Both the position numbers and the translations under genes were made by a program. A stretch of DNA of 64,000 nucleotides, from the NCBI GenBank assembly GCA_043800705.1, contig JAZDMS010000040.1, forward strand, positions 10,378 through 74,377, written 5' to 3'. Shown in pieces: positions 36,732 to 47,122 of this stretch. Numbering within the stretch: position 1 is the stretch's first letter; the number at the start of each line of letters is the position of its first letter. This stretch comes from Candidatus Altiarchaeota archaeon. Lineage in GTDB: Archaea > Altiarchaeota > Altiarchaeia > IMC4 > SCGC-AAA252-I15. Under the pieces are notes generated by a model, which was given only the letters and a program-made list of their open reading frames with translations, was not told the origin of the DNA and did not search any database.

Positions 36732-38057
36732 TTAAAATACGTATCCGAGCGATTTGAGCGCATCCAGTTCGTTGGGGTTCGCGGCCGTTTCGTGTTGCGT
36801 CATGTTCGAGTGGCGCGTTAGGGCGTCCGCCAGAGCCTTTTCCACTGCGGGATATTTGCCTATGAGGTCGTTTTTTTCTTCGGGGCCGTCTTTGAGGTCG
36901 TAGAGGTGGTTTTTGTCGGATTTGGTGTGGACGTATAGGTATCTGCCGTCAGTTATGCCCGCTACGGCATCGTTTGTGGTGCCGTATCCTTCGATGATCT
37001 CATATCTCCGGCGGTCATGGAAGATGTCGCCTCCTTGATAGCCTTCAGGGACGGTTATGTTCAGCATCGTAAGGACGGTGGGTGCCAGGTCGATCAGCCC
37101 GACGGGCTCCTGCACCCTGCGCCCCCGGCCGTTGAGGGGGTCGTAGATTATTAGGGGTATGCGGAAGACGCTTTGGGTTATCCTCGAATGGCCTATGTGG
37201 TTGTGTTCTCCGAGGGATTCGCCGTGGTCTGCGGTGACGACAATAATTGTCCTGTCCATGATCCCTTCGTCCTCCAGGGTCTTGACTATGGCGCCGACCT
37301 GTTCGTCGCCGAATCGCACGCCCATATCATATGCGTCATCCACCTCTTCGAGGTCTTCCTTGGCGTATTCCCGGTCCGGCCATTCGCTTAAGCTCATGTT
37401 GAGGCTGCCGTTGATCCCCCTATCGAACATGGATTTGTATTTGGGGTCCTGGGCGTACGGCGCATGCGTCGCGAGATAGTGGGCGTATATGAAGAATTTG
37501 CGGCCTTTTTTCCTTTCGATCATGCTTTTTGCGTGCTCTGTCAGGTTCCGGTCGTTGTTCAACTTCGTCGAGAGGATCATACGCACGTACTCCTGGAATC
37601 CCTGGCCGTAGTTGAGCGGCGCGCTTATGAATCCGTTCGAGAAGAAGCCGCCGGTCGCGTAGCCCTCGTAGCTTAGGCTTTCCGCGAACGTTGTCTCCTG
37701 GTCAGGCAGCCTGTTGTCGGCGATGTCGGGGGATCCGTTTAACGAGTAGGCATATGTCCTGTGAACGGAGGGATATTTGGAGGTGAAGATGGTGGCGACA
37801 GACGGCTTCGTCCATACCCCCTGGGTGAAAGCCCTGTCGTAGACGATCCCTTTTTCGCAGAGCCTGTCTATGTTAGGGCTCGTGTTCCTGTAATACCCGT
37901 AGCATCCGAGGTGGTCGGGCCTGAGGGCGTCGATGACTATTACCACCACATTCATCCCAGCATTCCTCCCCGGGGCGGGCTCTTCCGCCCGCTGGCCTAG
38001 GGCATATGCGGCGATCAGAATCGCAGCCGCAATAAAGGCGAATATCCCCCTGCGCAT
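36732..38057 (-). CDS. Sulfatase-like hydrolase
   Basis: IDALRPDH, TSPNID, WTKPS, HAPY, TADHGE and HLYDL motifs. Confidence 0.85.
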   Translation of the reverse strand: MRRGIFAFIAAAILIAAYALGQRAEEPAPGRNAGMNVVVIVIDALRPDHLGCYGYYRNTSPNIDRLCEKGIVYDRAFTQGVWTKPSVATIFTSKYPSVHRTYAYSLNGSPDIADNRLPDQETTFAESLSYEGYATGGFFSNGFISAPLNYGQGFQEYVRMILSTKLNNDRNLTEHAKSMIERKKGRKFFIYAHYLATHAPYAQDPKYKSMFDRGINGSLNMSLSEWPDREYAKEDLEEVDDAYDMGVRFGDEQVGAIVKTLEDEGIMDRTIIVVTADHGESLGEHNHIGHSRITQSVFRIPLIIYDPLNGRGRRVQEPVGLIDLAPTVLTMLNITVPEGYQGGDIFHDRRRYEIIEGYGTTNDAVAGITDGRYLYVHTKSDKNHLYDLKDGPEEKNDLIGKYPAVEKALADALTRHSNMTQHETAANPNELDALKSLGYVF

Positions 38058-38118
38058 GCTACCTTATGCTTTTGTCCTATTATATCTTGTATTTTATCCC
38101 GGATTCCAAATAATTGTC

Positions 38119-40014
38119 ATGGTTGCCTCGGACCGATTGGGCGCTTTGAGCTATACTTGTGTGAAGCCGTCTGAGATGGGTTTGGAGGCCGCCAAGCAGT
38201 ATGAGTGGCTTTTGCCCAACAGGCTCGGTGGGTATTCGAGCTCGAGCGTATTGGGCCTTAATACGCGGAAGTATCACGGTCTTTTGGTGGCTTCGAGGGG
38301 GAATCTTGAGGCCAGGCGGGTGGTTTTGGAGAGTTTGACGGAGGAGCTGGTCGCAGGCAACGATGTGTACCCGCTCGGCGTCACGGAGTATTCGGACACC
38401 GTCGATTCCAGGGGCGTCCAGCGGCTGAAGAGGTTCACGAGGGGCGTGGAACATGTGAAGTTCGAGTACGACGTCAACGGGACCACTTTGGTGAAGATAA
38501 TCTACTCGGTGCCGGGGATGAATGCGCTCATAGTCTCGTACGGGGTCAGGAACAACTTCGGCCAGACCGTCACGTTGAATGTCCGCCCGCTCGTCAATTC
38601 GAGGGCCATCCACGAGTTGAATCCTCCGGGGAGGGATTTCAAGAGCGTCATCTACGATGGGAAGATCCTGGGCTCCGGCTGCAACGGCGACAATCTGATG
38701 TTCGTCAGCGACGACATGGCTCCGCGCTCCGAGGGCGTATGGTACAAGAACGTCAGGTATTCAATGGAGGTGGAAAGGGGGGAGGCATCGGACGAGGACG
38801 TCTACTGTCCCGGCATACTTGAACTCAGGGTCGCTTCCTTCAGCACGCGGGAGGCGGAGCTGTTCGTCCTGTTGGCGGACGGGGAAGTCGATCCTGTCAA
38901 GACGTTCGCGGGGATACATGAGCCGCAGTTTCAGAAGTTCCAGCCGGACCCGGTGCATATCCTTGAGTCGGCAGCGGAGTCGTTCATAATCGACATCGCA
39001 GACATGAAGAGCGTTATCGCGGGTTATCATTGGTTCGCGGACTGGGGCAGGGACACGATGATATCCCTCCCAGGACTCACCTTGGTGAACAGGAACTTCC
39101 GGGATGCGGAGGAGATATTCGCAAGGTGGATAGACAATATCGACGGGGGACGGATTCCGACGAAGTTTACCGTCAACGGCCCGGAATACTACGACTTCGA
39201 CGGCACCCTTTGGATGCTGGACCGTTTGGGCGATTATTGCAGGCGCGTCGGCCCCGACCGGGCGGCGAGGTTCCTCGCGCCGAGGTGGCATCTTCTGAAG
39301 AGCATAGTCCCGTACTACCTGGGCCTTCTGGAGAACGGCCTCATAAAACACAAGGCTGGGACGTGGATGGACACCCTGGAGCGGAGCAATGCTGTGGAGG
39401 TCCAGGCCCTGTGGTATAATGCGATCTTCGTCCTGGAGGACGTCTCCAGGATGGTCGGCGACCCGTTGGACGGGGAGAAGCTGAAGGCGGACTTCGAAGC
39501 CTCATTCATGGACAAATACTGGAACGGGAATTACCTGAGGGACTGCCTCGAAGACGATTCGATCAGGCCCAATCAGGTCATCGCAATCTCACTTGGCCAC
39601 AGTCCCGTCCCTGACAGGGACGCCAAGGAGGTGCTGAAGATAGCGAGGGAGGAGCTTCTGAGTCCGTGCGGCCTCAGGACCCTTGACAAAAACGACCCGA
39701 AATACTGTCCGAAATACGCGGGCGGGGTCTCGGAGCGGGCTAAGGCGTACCATAACGGGACCGTGTGGCCGTGGCTCATCGGGCCGTATGCGAAGGCCTG
39801 CACGAATCTATACGGTGAAAAGGGGAGGAAACTCGCGTTCGAAGCAGTGAAGCCGGTCCTTTCTAGGCTGACCGACGGGTGCATTTGCACGTTGGCGGAA
39901 ATATACGATGCCGAGCCGCCTCATGCTGCGAGGGGTGCCGCGAGCCAGGCGTGGAGCGTCGCTGAGGTGTTGAGGGCGTGTTTGGAGGATGCGAAGGTCG
40001 ACAGGGTGGAGTAG
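38119..40014 (+). CDS. Amylo-alpha-1,6-glucosidase (glycogen debranching enzyme)
   Basis: EWL..N.LGGY, TRKYHGLL, AGYHWF.DWGRDT, TWMD, YHNGTVWPW and QAWSVAE motifs. Confidence 0.93.
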   Translation: MVASDRLGALSYTCVKPSEMGLEAAKQYEWLLPNRLGGYSSSSVLGLNTRKYHGLLVASRGNLEARRVVLESLTEELVAGNDVYPLGVTEYSDTVDSRGVQRLKRFTRGVEHVKFEYDVNGTTLVKIIYSVPGMNALIVSYGVRNNFGQTVTLNVRPLVNSRAIHELNPPGRDFKSVIYDGKILGSGCNGDNLMFVSDDMAPRSEGVWYKNVRYSMEVERGEASDEDVYCPGILELRVASFSTREAELFVLLADGEVDPVKTFAGIHEPQFQKFQPDPVHILESAAESFIIDIADMKSVIAGYHWFADWGRDTMISLPGLTLVNRNFRDAEEIFARWIDNIDGGRIPTKFTVNGPEYYDFDGTLWMLDRLGDYCRRVGPDRAARFLAPRWHLLKSIVPYYLGLLENGLIKHKAGTWMDTLERSNAVEVQALWYNAIFVLEDVSRMVGDPLDGEKLKADFEASFMDKYWNGNYLRDCLEDDSIRPNQVIAISLGHSPVPDRDAKEVLKIAREELLSPCGLRTLDKNDPKYCPKYAGGVSERAKAYHNGTVWPWLIGPYAKACTNLYGEKGRKLAFEAVKPVLSRLTDGCICTLAEIYDAEPPHAARGAASQAWSVAEVLRACLEDAKVDRVE

Positions 40015-40015
40015 T

Positions 40016-41815
40016 CTAGCACCTGACGTTCCTGACGGCGAGCTGGTGCGCTTTTACGTAGTTCTTGATGAGCATCTTCCAGTCGGCGAGGCCTGCGAGC
40101 TCCTTCGCGTTCATCCTTCGGCGTGTGAGTTCCTTCTTCTCCAGGCCTATTATATCGTACATCTTGTTGTAGAGTTCGTCTACTACTTTGTCGTATTCTA
40201 TGCCGTCGAGCTTGAGGACCTGGATTCCGTCTCCTTTGCCGTCGATGAACTGGCCGAATCCTGCGAGGTCGGTCGTGATGGCGAGCGTCCCCTGCGCCGC
40301 GGTCTCAAGGGGAGTGTATCCCCATGGCTCGTAGTAGGATGGGAATACGCCGACGTCGCATGTGAGGGTGCCGGGGTTGTAGTCCAGGGATATGAGCCTG
40401 TCCGCCGACGAGAGGTAGGCGGGGTAGAATATGACCTTGACCTTGTCTTCCTCCCTGTTAAGAAGCTCGTTGCGGCGGAATGCCTGGATTATGCTGTCGC
40501 TGTCCAGGCTGTAGTTGAGTTCGAACGCGCACAGGGGCGCGCTCCCCCCCTTCTTCTCCGCGAAGTGGGCGGTCAGCTTCCTTATCAGCGTCAGGAATTC
40601 CTCGCTGAAGACGTTGCCGTCGGGCTTCTGCCCCTTGATGATAAGCTCCAGCAGGTTGTCCTTTATCTCGGGGAGGCTTCCGTCGATCTGGTCGTGGATC
40701 TCCTCATAGAGGGCCTTGTTCTTCAGGACCTGCATTTCCTCGCCCCTGGTGTCGGTGGGGACGAATATGAACGCTACTACGTGCTTCTTGGAGTTTTCGG
40801 CCTTCAGTTTCTTGTTCAGCTTGCCAAGGGCGTCTATGTAGACGTCGATGCCCTTGTTGTGGTACTCGTATCTGCCTGAGAGGAACATGCTGCGGATGTT
40901 CATCAGGTCCATGTAGTAGTATCTGCAGAAGTACGAGATGAGGAATTCCCTCATCCTGATCCTGTATTTGTGCCTCATGACGGCGAGCTCCTCCATCTCC
41001 GGGAACTTGCTCGTGTCCAGGCCGTTGAAAAGGAGGACTTCGGGCTTCTTGCCGAGGATGTAGGCTGCCTCCCTGCCCGTTATCTCGCTGACTGTGGTGA
41101 AGACGTCTGCGCTCTTGACGCAGGCGACCTCTGTCGAGTGCTTGTCCTCGCACCTGTACTGCCTTGCAAGCTCGATCGTTGCGGATTCCTTCTTCCTCAG
41201 CCCTTCGTTGACCATCCCGTAAAGGTCGTGGCCGGAGCCGCTTATGTTTCTGCCGAGCATGGTGGCGTGGGTCGTGAACACGGTCCCGACCGGAATCTTG
41301 TTCTTGTGTATGTGGAGTATCGCGAAGCCGGAGAGCCACTCGTGGAAATGGCCCACGACGCCGCTGCCCTTGTATGGGGCCTCCTTCATCAGCTCCTCGA
41401 TGAGCCTGCCGACGGCGGTCGACCAGAGAAGGGGGTCGTTGAACCATGCGTCGCTGCGTATGGAGTCGATCTCGTAATCTTCCCAGAGGTGCTTCTTGAG
41501 GTCGTTGACGTTGGCCTGATATCCGCGGACGTCGAGCAATATCACATGCGGCCTGCCGGCGGTCAGCCAGGTCCCAAAATGGCATTTGATGCCTTCGGAT
41601 TCAAGCCTCTTAAAGGCCTTGGCGAGGCCTGCCGGCGGCTGGGATTCGTCGAATTCCAGCCTTGATTTGGCTAGGTCGTAGTATCCGACGGCACAGTATC
41701 CTTCGCCGTACTCTTCGACCATGCGTGCGGCCTTCGACTTTATGACGGTGTATATTCCCCCTACTTTGTTGCAGACTTCGTAGGAGGCCTCGAAGACGTA
41801 ATCTACCCCCTTCAT
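40016..41815 (-). CDS. Glycogen synthase (GT3 family)
   Basis: EVCNKVGGIYTV, HFHEW, FTTHAT.LGR, GRYE..NKG.D and PSYYEPWGYTP motifs. Confidence 0.9.
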   Translation of the reverse strand: MKGVDYVFEASYEVCNKVGGIYTVIKSKAARMVEEYGEGYCAVGYYDLAKSRLEFDESQPPAGLAKAFKRLESEGIKCHFGTWLTAGRPHVILLDVRGYQANVNDLKKHLWEDYEIDSIRSDAWFNDPLLWSTAVGRLIEELMKEAPYKGSGVVGHFHEWLSGFAILHIHKNKIPVGTVFTTHATMLGRNISGSGHDLYGMVNEGLRKKESATIELARQYRCEDKHSTEVACVKSADVFTTVSEITGREAAYILGKKPEVLLFNGLDTSKFPEMEELAVMRHKYRIRMREFLISYFCRYYYMDLMNIRSMFLSGRYEYHNKGIDVYIDALGKLNKKLKAENSKKHVVAFIFVPTDTRGEEMQVLKNKALYEEIHDQIDGSLPEIKDNLLELIIKGQKPDGNVFSEEFLTLIRKLTAHFAEKKGGSAPLCAFELNYSLDSDSIIQAFRRNELLNREEDKVKVIFYPAYLSSADRLISLDYNPGTLTCDVGVFPSYYEPWGYTPLETAAQGTLAITTDLAGFGQFIDGKGDGIQVLKLDGIEYDKVVDELYNKMYDIIGLEKKELTRRRMNAKELAGLADWKMLIKNYVKAHQLAVRNVRC

Positions 41816-41874
41816 AGGATATAGCATTACCTCGTGGAGCTTATATACTAGCTTTTTTATATTCATTCTTTGTC

Positions 41875-42483
41875 ATGGACGACTTCATGAAGAGGAACCG
41901 CAGGTTCAGGGACGGATTCGAGGATTTCATGGGCGACGACTTCTTCGCCGAGTTCGAGGGGGAGTTCCGGAGGATGCAGGATCACATGAGCCACCTCTTC
42001 GACGAGGCGCTGAGGAACAACGAGACGGACCATGTCAGGAGGTACGTCTACGGCTTCACGATGCATACCGGCCCCGACGGGAAGCCGGTCCTGGAGGAGT
42101 TCGGCAACGTCCCCAGGCACGGCGAGGACCAGATACCCGGCGAGAGGGAGCCGATGGTCGACGTCATAGACGGCAGGGACGAGGTCACCGTCATCGCGGA
42201 GCTGCCCGGAGTCGACAAGAAGAACATAGACCTTAAGTCGGACGAGACGTCGCTGACGATATCAGTCCGCGACCACGCCCGAAGGTACCACAAGGTCCTG
42301 GATATGCCGGGGGAGGTCGACCCCGAATCAATAAAGGCCCAGTACAAGAACGGCATACTCGAAGTCAAGCTGAAGAAGGCCAGGAAGAAGAACGGATCCA
42401 AGAGGATAAAGAACGGCATACTCGAAGTCAAGCTGAAGAAGGCCAGGAAGAAGAACGGAACCAAGAGGATAAAGGTCGAATAG
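41875..42483 (+). CDS. hsp20: Small heat-shock protein Hsp20, with internal 63-bp tandem duplication
   Basis: YVYGF...GPDGKP, AELPGV, YKNGILEV, terminal IKVE motif. Confidence 0.9.
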   Translation: MDDFMKRNRRFRDGFEDFMGDDFFAEFEGEFRRMQDHMSHLFDEALRNNETDHVRRYVYGFTMHTGPDGKPVLEEFGNVPRHGEDQIPGEREPMVDVIDGRDEVTVIAELPGVDKKNIDLKSDETSLTISVRDHARRYHKVLDMPGEVDPESIKAQYKNGILEVKLKKARKKNGSKRIKNGILEVKLKKARKKNGTKRIKVE

Positions 42484-42513
42484 GGTTTAAAGCCCCGTTG
42501 TGTATATTGTTCC

Positions 42514-42944
42514 ATGTCCAAGCTGACGGGAACCGTCGAGGACAAAGGCGGCGGGGCCTGGGTCTGGGTCGCGGCAGCGGCCGCAGTATCGTTAATTTTC
42601 CTGGTGTCAGGGGGGGTAGTGGCTGCGTGGTATCTTGTTTCCACGAGCACCACGACCACGTCCTCGAGCACAACGACCTCCTCCTCCGCGTCGACGTCGT
42701 CCACGACGTCACGACCTGGTCGACCACCACCACCTCAGTGACGACAACGTCGACCAGCACCACGTTGGCGCCGATAGAACTGGCTACAACGTCGACCATC
42801 TCCCTGAAGTGCGGCGGCCTCTATCAGCGGGCCTGCCAGGGCGGAAAATGCAGCCACGGGCTCGCCCCCGGCGCCAACAACCTCTGCAGACCCTCTAAAA
42901 GCGCATCAAAAGGGCCTAACCCGTTCCTGGACAAGTGGACGTAA
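42514..42944 (+). pseudogene. Membrane-anchored Thr/Ser-linker, Cys-rich protein split by a frameshift
   Basis: TM plus T/S tract in ORF 42514..42741 continues in another frame (TTWSTTTT...CGG..C..C..C) from about 42709. Confidence 0.65.
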
Positions 42945-42948
42945 TTGC

Positions 42949-43068
42949 AGTCACCTGTCTACGGTCTTGGGTCATGTTGGGTGTCTTCGGTTTTCGGTTT
43001 TCGGTTTTCCGTTTTCCGTCAAGACTGGAAACTGAGAACTGGAAACTGGGGACTGCGGACCGGGGACT
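42949..43068 (+). repeat. Palindromic heptamer-repeat element, copy B
   Basis: (GGTTTTC)n-CGTCAAGACT-(GGAAACT/GAGAACT)n between convergent stops. Confidence 0.85.
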
Positions 43069-43786
43069 ATTTTAGTTTCCGCGCTACGGTCAGGAATCCC
43101 GTATGTCCGAGCATTCGCGTGTCAGGGGACATCTTGTCTGCCTTCCAGTCCCTTAGCATGGTCTCAAAGGTCTCATGGAGCCAGGTGGTGCCCAGCACCT
43201 CCACCAGTTGCCTGTTCTGGTTGATGCTCGGCGAGTATGATACGAGTATCCCCCCGACTTTCAGGGCCCCCTCCAGTTTAGGCACTACGCGCCATGGTTC
43301 CGTCAGGTCCAAAAACACGGCGTCGAGGCCCTTCTCGTCTATCCCGTTGTATGTGTCCCTCAGCTCGAGACGGACGTTCTTGGCGCCGAACCTCTCGAAG
43401 TTCTTCTTCGCTATCTGCGCGAAGTCCTCCCTCAACTCGTAGGTGACTACTGTTTCAGGATGCACGATGTGGCTCAGATAAAGCGTGAAGAGGCCGGAGC
43501 CGGTTCCGGACTCGAAGACCCTGCTGCCTGAGCGGATGCCGGAATAGGCGACTGCGAGGCCCATGTCCTTCAGGGTCATCGCCTGCGGGCCGCGTCGGGC
43601 TTTGGAGATGTAATCTAGGATGTTCGGCTCCAGGACCGCGAATTTTATCCCAGTATTAGATTCCAGCACCGCCCCCGGCTGGGCGGCTGCGATGGCGTCA
43701 GCCTTCACGACCCCGTATTTGGTATGGAGGTCGTTTCCGTCGTTGACCAGGTACCTGTCGCCTTTGGAGTCTATGAGCAGACGCAT
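43067..43786 (-). CDS. trmI: tRNA (adenine-57/58-N1)-methyltransferase
   Basis: RGPQ...KD, ESGTGSG, YE.REDF, FLDL.EPW, RDW and HTGFL motifs. Confidence 0.92.
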   Translation of the reverse strand: MRLLIDSKGDRYLVNDGNDLHTKYGVVKADAIAAAQPGAVLESNTGIKFAVLEPNILDYISKARRGPQAMTLKDMGLAVAYSGIRSGSRVFESGTGSGLFTLYLSHIVHPETVVTYELREDFAQIAKKNFERFGAKNVRLELRDTYNGIDEKGLDAVFLDLTEPWRVVPKLEGALKVGGILVSYSPSINQNRQLVEVLGTTWLHETFETMLRDWKADKMSPDTRMLGHTGFLTVARKLK

Positions 43787-43850
43787 AGTGAGTATTAGCG
43801 TACCTGTTATTTTAAAGCTTTTTTTAACGTAGGTCGCACGATATATTATC

Positions 43851-44795
43851 ATGAGCAGTCAAATGCAGCCTGTAAGCGGCAATGTCCCCCAGCTTTTTGG
43901 TACGCAAGATGTCGATGTCTTCGAGATTTCACAGGGTTCAGCCAAGGCCAGACTCGATCCTCATGGTGCCCTATTGAAAAGCTGGGCCGTCGATGGCAGG
44001 GAACTGCTCTTTTCGAGTTCGATTCCCACCCACAGGCTTCGCGCCACCCATCCGATCGGCCCCATCTGCGGGAGGGCTTTCGACCCGGTCACAAGGGTTA
44101 TAGACGACATTGTCACACTCGAAGGACTGCAGGTCAAACTGCCCCTGCACGGCGGCCTAAGGGAGGCCAATTGGGAGAGGATCGGAGGGGATAAGGAAGG
44201 CAGCGCCGCCCTGGCTCTAGACTATGAAGCGGGCAAACTCGACAACACGCAATATCCGTATGGGAGCAGATGGAATCAGGTGGTAAGCCTAGACGGGAAT
44301 AAGCTGACCTGGAGCCTTTCCTTCACCAGCCTTGCCCAAGGCGTCATAGCCCCGGCAGACATGGGTTGCCACCTCTATCTTCCTCATAGCGAAGGATTGA
44401 AGATACACGGCTTGGACGGCCTGCCCTATAAGAACCTCACCGTCTGGGATGCGCCGGCCGAAGGGACAATCCGCGGGCCTGGCGCCTTCAGCGATAACGT
44501 GAACCGTGACTGGCAGATACGGTTGAAGCCTGAGACGGGAGACCCTGTCAGGGCGGTCGAGATCGAATATCCCCGGGAAAAATACGGCATAAAGATGAGG
44601 CTATTGTCCCCCCGGGCAGACAACATGATCGTATGGTCCAACCCGACATTGGCGACCCAGATCGGGGGCCCGTTCATCTGCCCCGAGTTCTGGCTTGCAG
44701 AACGTAACTCCATCACAAATGGCACAGCGGCTAAAGTCGGATCTAATCAGACCGAAACGCTGGCTTTCGAGATGGAATACCTGCCGAAAAAATAA
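43851..44795 (+). CDS. Aldose 1-epimerase / galactose mutarotase-like protein
   Basis: GA.L.SW..DGRELL, P..GR, LHG..R..W, GCHLYL and FICPE motifs. Confidence 0.75.
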   Translation: MSSQMQPVSGNVPQLFGTQDVDVFEISQGSAKARLDPHGALLKSWAVDGRELLFSSSIPTHRLRATHPIGPICGRAFDPVTRVIDDIVTLEGLQVKLPLHGGLREANWERIGGDKEGSAALALDYEAGKLDNTQYPYGSRWNQVVSLDGNKLTWSLSFTSLAQGVIAPADMGCHLYLPHSEGLKIHGLDGLPYKNLTVWDAPAEGTIRGPGAFSDNVNRDWQIRLKPETGDPVRAVEIEYPREKYGIKMRLLSPRADNMIVWSNPTLATQIGGPFICPEFWLAERNSITNGTAAKVGSNQTETLAFEMEYLPKK

Positions 44796-44874
44796 AAGAC
44801 TGTAAGCAGCGCACGATGTTCGTCCATTGTTCCGCGAACGGAATTAATAAATGCGCGGCCTTAATAACTACCCA

Positions 44875-47088
44875 ATGACCGAAGAATCGTCAGACTATAG
44901 CCATTTTGGCGCATATCATAGCAGGGCCGGCCCCCGGGCGGACGCTTTCCTGCTCACCGGAATCGCTATCATATTCGCGGTCTTTGCGTCTTCTGCGTCG
45001 GCGGCGTCGACGAATTCCTCGGGATCGAACAGCCTCTTCATACAGATGTGGTCCACCGACCTCGGCGGCGAGATCAACGACCTTAAGCTCGTAGACCTCA
45101 ACAGCGACGGCTCGGGAGAGGTAGTCGCGTCCAGCCTCTACACCTCCTCCTTCGGCAAGAGCGGGACCATATTCGGATTGGACGGCCGCGGTCAGCAGGT
45201 CTGGAAGTTCCTCGCCGGACTCCTGGAGGATTCATATACTACCGAGCGGGGTTACACCGTCGTGGGTTCCGGCCCCTACCTCGAGTTCATAGGTCCGAGC
45301 GGGCAGGAGGCTTGGAAGCGGGCGACGAGGGTATCTGCTGCGCAGAGCATTACCGCCCAGAAGGTTTATGCGGCGGACGTCAACGGCGACGGCAAAGACG
45401 ACGCCCTCGTAGGGACCAGCATGGGGACGAAGGGGGCATCGCTGACCGTCTGGGACAGCGCAGGCGGCGAATTGGCGACGATTCCCTTTAAAAACCTGGA
45501 CACTCCGTCCGCCATCGACGTGGCCGACCTCAGCGGCGACGGCAGGAAGGAGATAATGGTCGGCACCGTCAAATACGCCCCTAACACCATCGGTGGCGTG
45601 TATCAGGCCGCGCATTCGAAGCCTACAGTATTCTCGGTGTTCACCTCTACGGGTGCGCTCCTCTGGTCGGACAACTTCCCGGCATCGGTCACTGCCGTCA
45701 AGGCGTGCGACCTGGACGCCGACGGCAACCTGGAAGTCCTTGCGGGAAGCCAGGGTAAATTATCCGCTTACTCGGTGCAGGGGAAGAGGATGTGGGATGC
45801 GAAGATCGACGGGCAGGCCTACTCCATCGACTGCGGAAGCCTTGAAGGCAACAAGACCATGGACGTCGTCGTGGGGGCTGGCAACGTTTACGCATTCAAC
45901 GGCGCGACCGGGAAGCAGCTTTGGATGTACGGGTCTGGGACCGCGTTAGCGGTCAAGGTCTACGACTTCGGGCAGACAGGGACGGCGGATGTCGTAATAG
46001 GCACAAGCAGCGTCCGGGTGGTGGACTCCGCAGGCCAGATGGTCTACCGCTCCGAGGCCATGGGCCAGGTGACGTCCCTCGGCATCGGAAAGATGGGCAG
46101 CCTCCTCGCGATAGTGGCCGGCTCCAAAGACCACCGGGTAAGGGCCATAGACGCATCCGACTATGCGCAGATAAAGTCGGCAGACTACTACTACAAGCTC
46201 GCGGAGGCGGCCTACAAGGGCAGCGAATACAACCTGACAAGCTATTTCGGGCTACAGGCCAAGGACTACTACGAGCTCGGAGGCAAGGCCGAAGGCAAGG
46301 TCAAGGCCGCCGCATTGGTCGACAAGGCCATGAAATACTCCAACGGCGACACCTACCGCAACTTCACGTTCTATTACTTCGGCATCGGGGACTATGCACA
46401 GGCCATCTCATACGCGGACAAGGCGACGGAGGAATACAAGAGGGTGGGGGAGACCAGGAAACTCGACGAGCTGGCGGATGTGAAGAAGAAGGCCCAGCTG
46501 ATCCCGAACGCCGAGCTTTACATCAACCAGTCCAGGCGGTTCTTCGATGACGGGATGTACGCAAATGCGAGCGCATCCGCCGCATCCGCGAAGACCGCAT
46601 ACGTCGCCCTCGGAAACGACGCCCTCGCAAGGGAGGCCTCCGGGATCGCGGAAAAGTCGGCGATCTACATCGAATTCTACCGGCAGCTGGACGCGGCGTT
46701 CCGGTATGCAGAAGCCAACGACCACGGCAACTCCACGCATCACCTCATCCTCGCAAAGGCCGAATACGACAAGCTCAACGACACGTATCTCCTGCCGCAG
46801 TACGAGAACGCGTCGACGATGGCGGGCTTGATAAAGCGCGACAAGGACGTCGTCGTATACGGCGGAATAGGGGTCGTGGCCCTCATCGTCCTGCTCATAG
46901 CCGTGGCCGCCGTCCTCATGATAGTGTACTTCTTCCAGAAGGGCGGGTTTTCCGCGTTCGGGAAAATGCTGGAAGGCAAGGGCCCCAGGGAAAACAAGTA
47001 CTCAAGCAGCCCGCAGGACGGTTCGGGAGGCCTCCGGGAGCTGAGGGGCAAACGCGGGGAAAGCATCGGGGACTCGTTCAAGCGCTAA
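44875..47088 (+). CDS. Surface protein with FG-GAP/PQQ-like beta-propeller, TPR-like helices and C-terminal anchor
   Basis: DLNSDG, DVNGDG, DLSGDG and DLDADG repeats, G..LW motifs, helical Ala/Tyr region, TM helix. Confidence 0.8.
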   Translation: MTEESSDYSHFGAYHSRAGPRADAFLLTGIAIIFAVFASSASAASTNSSGSNSLFIQMWSTDLGGEINDLKLVDLNSDGSGEVVASSLYTSSFGKSGTIFGLDGRGQQVWKFLAGLLEDSYTTERGYTVVGSGPYLEFIGPSGQEAWKRATRVSAAQSITAQKVYAADVNGDGKDDALVGTSMGTKGASLTVWDSAGGELATIPFKNLDTPSAIDVADLSGDGRKEIMVGTVKYAPNTIGGVYQAAHSKPTVFSVFTSTGALLWSDNFPASVTAVKACDLDADGNLEVLAGSQGKLSAYSVQGKRMWDAKIDGQAYSIDCGSLEGNKTMDVVVGAGNVYAFNGATGKQLWMYGSGTALAVKVYDFGQTGTADVVIGTSSVRVVDSAGQMVYRSEAMGQVTSLGIGKMGSLLAIVAGSKDHRVRAIDASDYAQIKSADYYYKLAEAAYKGSEYNLTSYFGLQAKDYYELGGKAEGKVKAAALVDKAMKYSNGDTYRNFTFYYFGIGDYAQAISYADKATEEYKRVGETRKLDELADVKKKAQLIPNAELYINQSRRFFDDGMYANASASAASAKTAYVALGNDALAREASGIAEKSAIYIEFYRQLDAAFRYAEANDHGNSTHHLILAKAEYDKLNDTYLLPQYENASTMAGLIKRDKDVVVYGGIGVVALIVLLIAVAAVLMIVYFFQKGGFSAFGKMLEGKGPRENKYSSSPQDGSGGLRELRGKRGESIGDSFKR

Positions 47089-47122
47089 TATAACCCTAAT
47101 CCAATTAGCTTAAGGTGATCGT

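Noticed and set aside
36732-38057. Sulfatase lacking the C/S-x-P-x-R motif
   Set aside because: WTxPS is a common variant among uncharacterised sulfatase-like hydrolases
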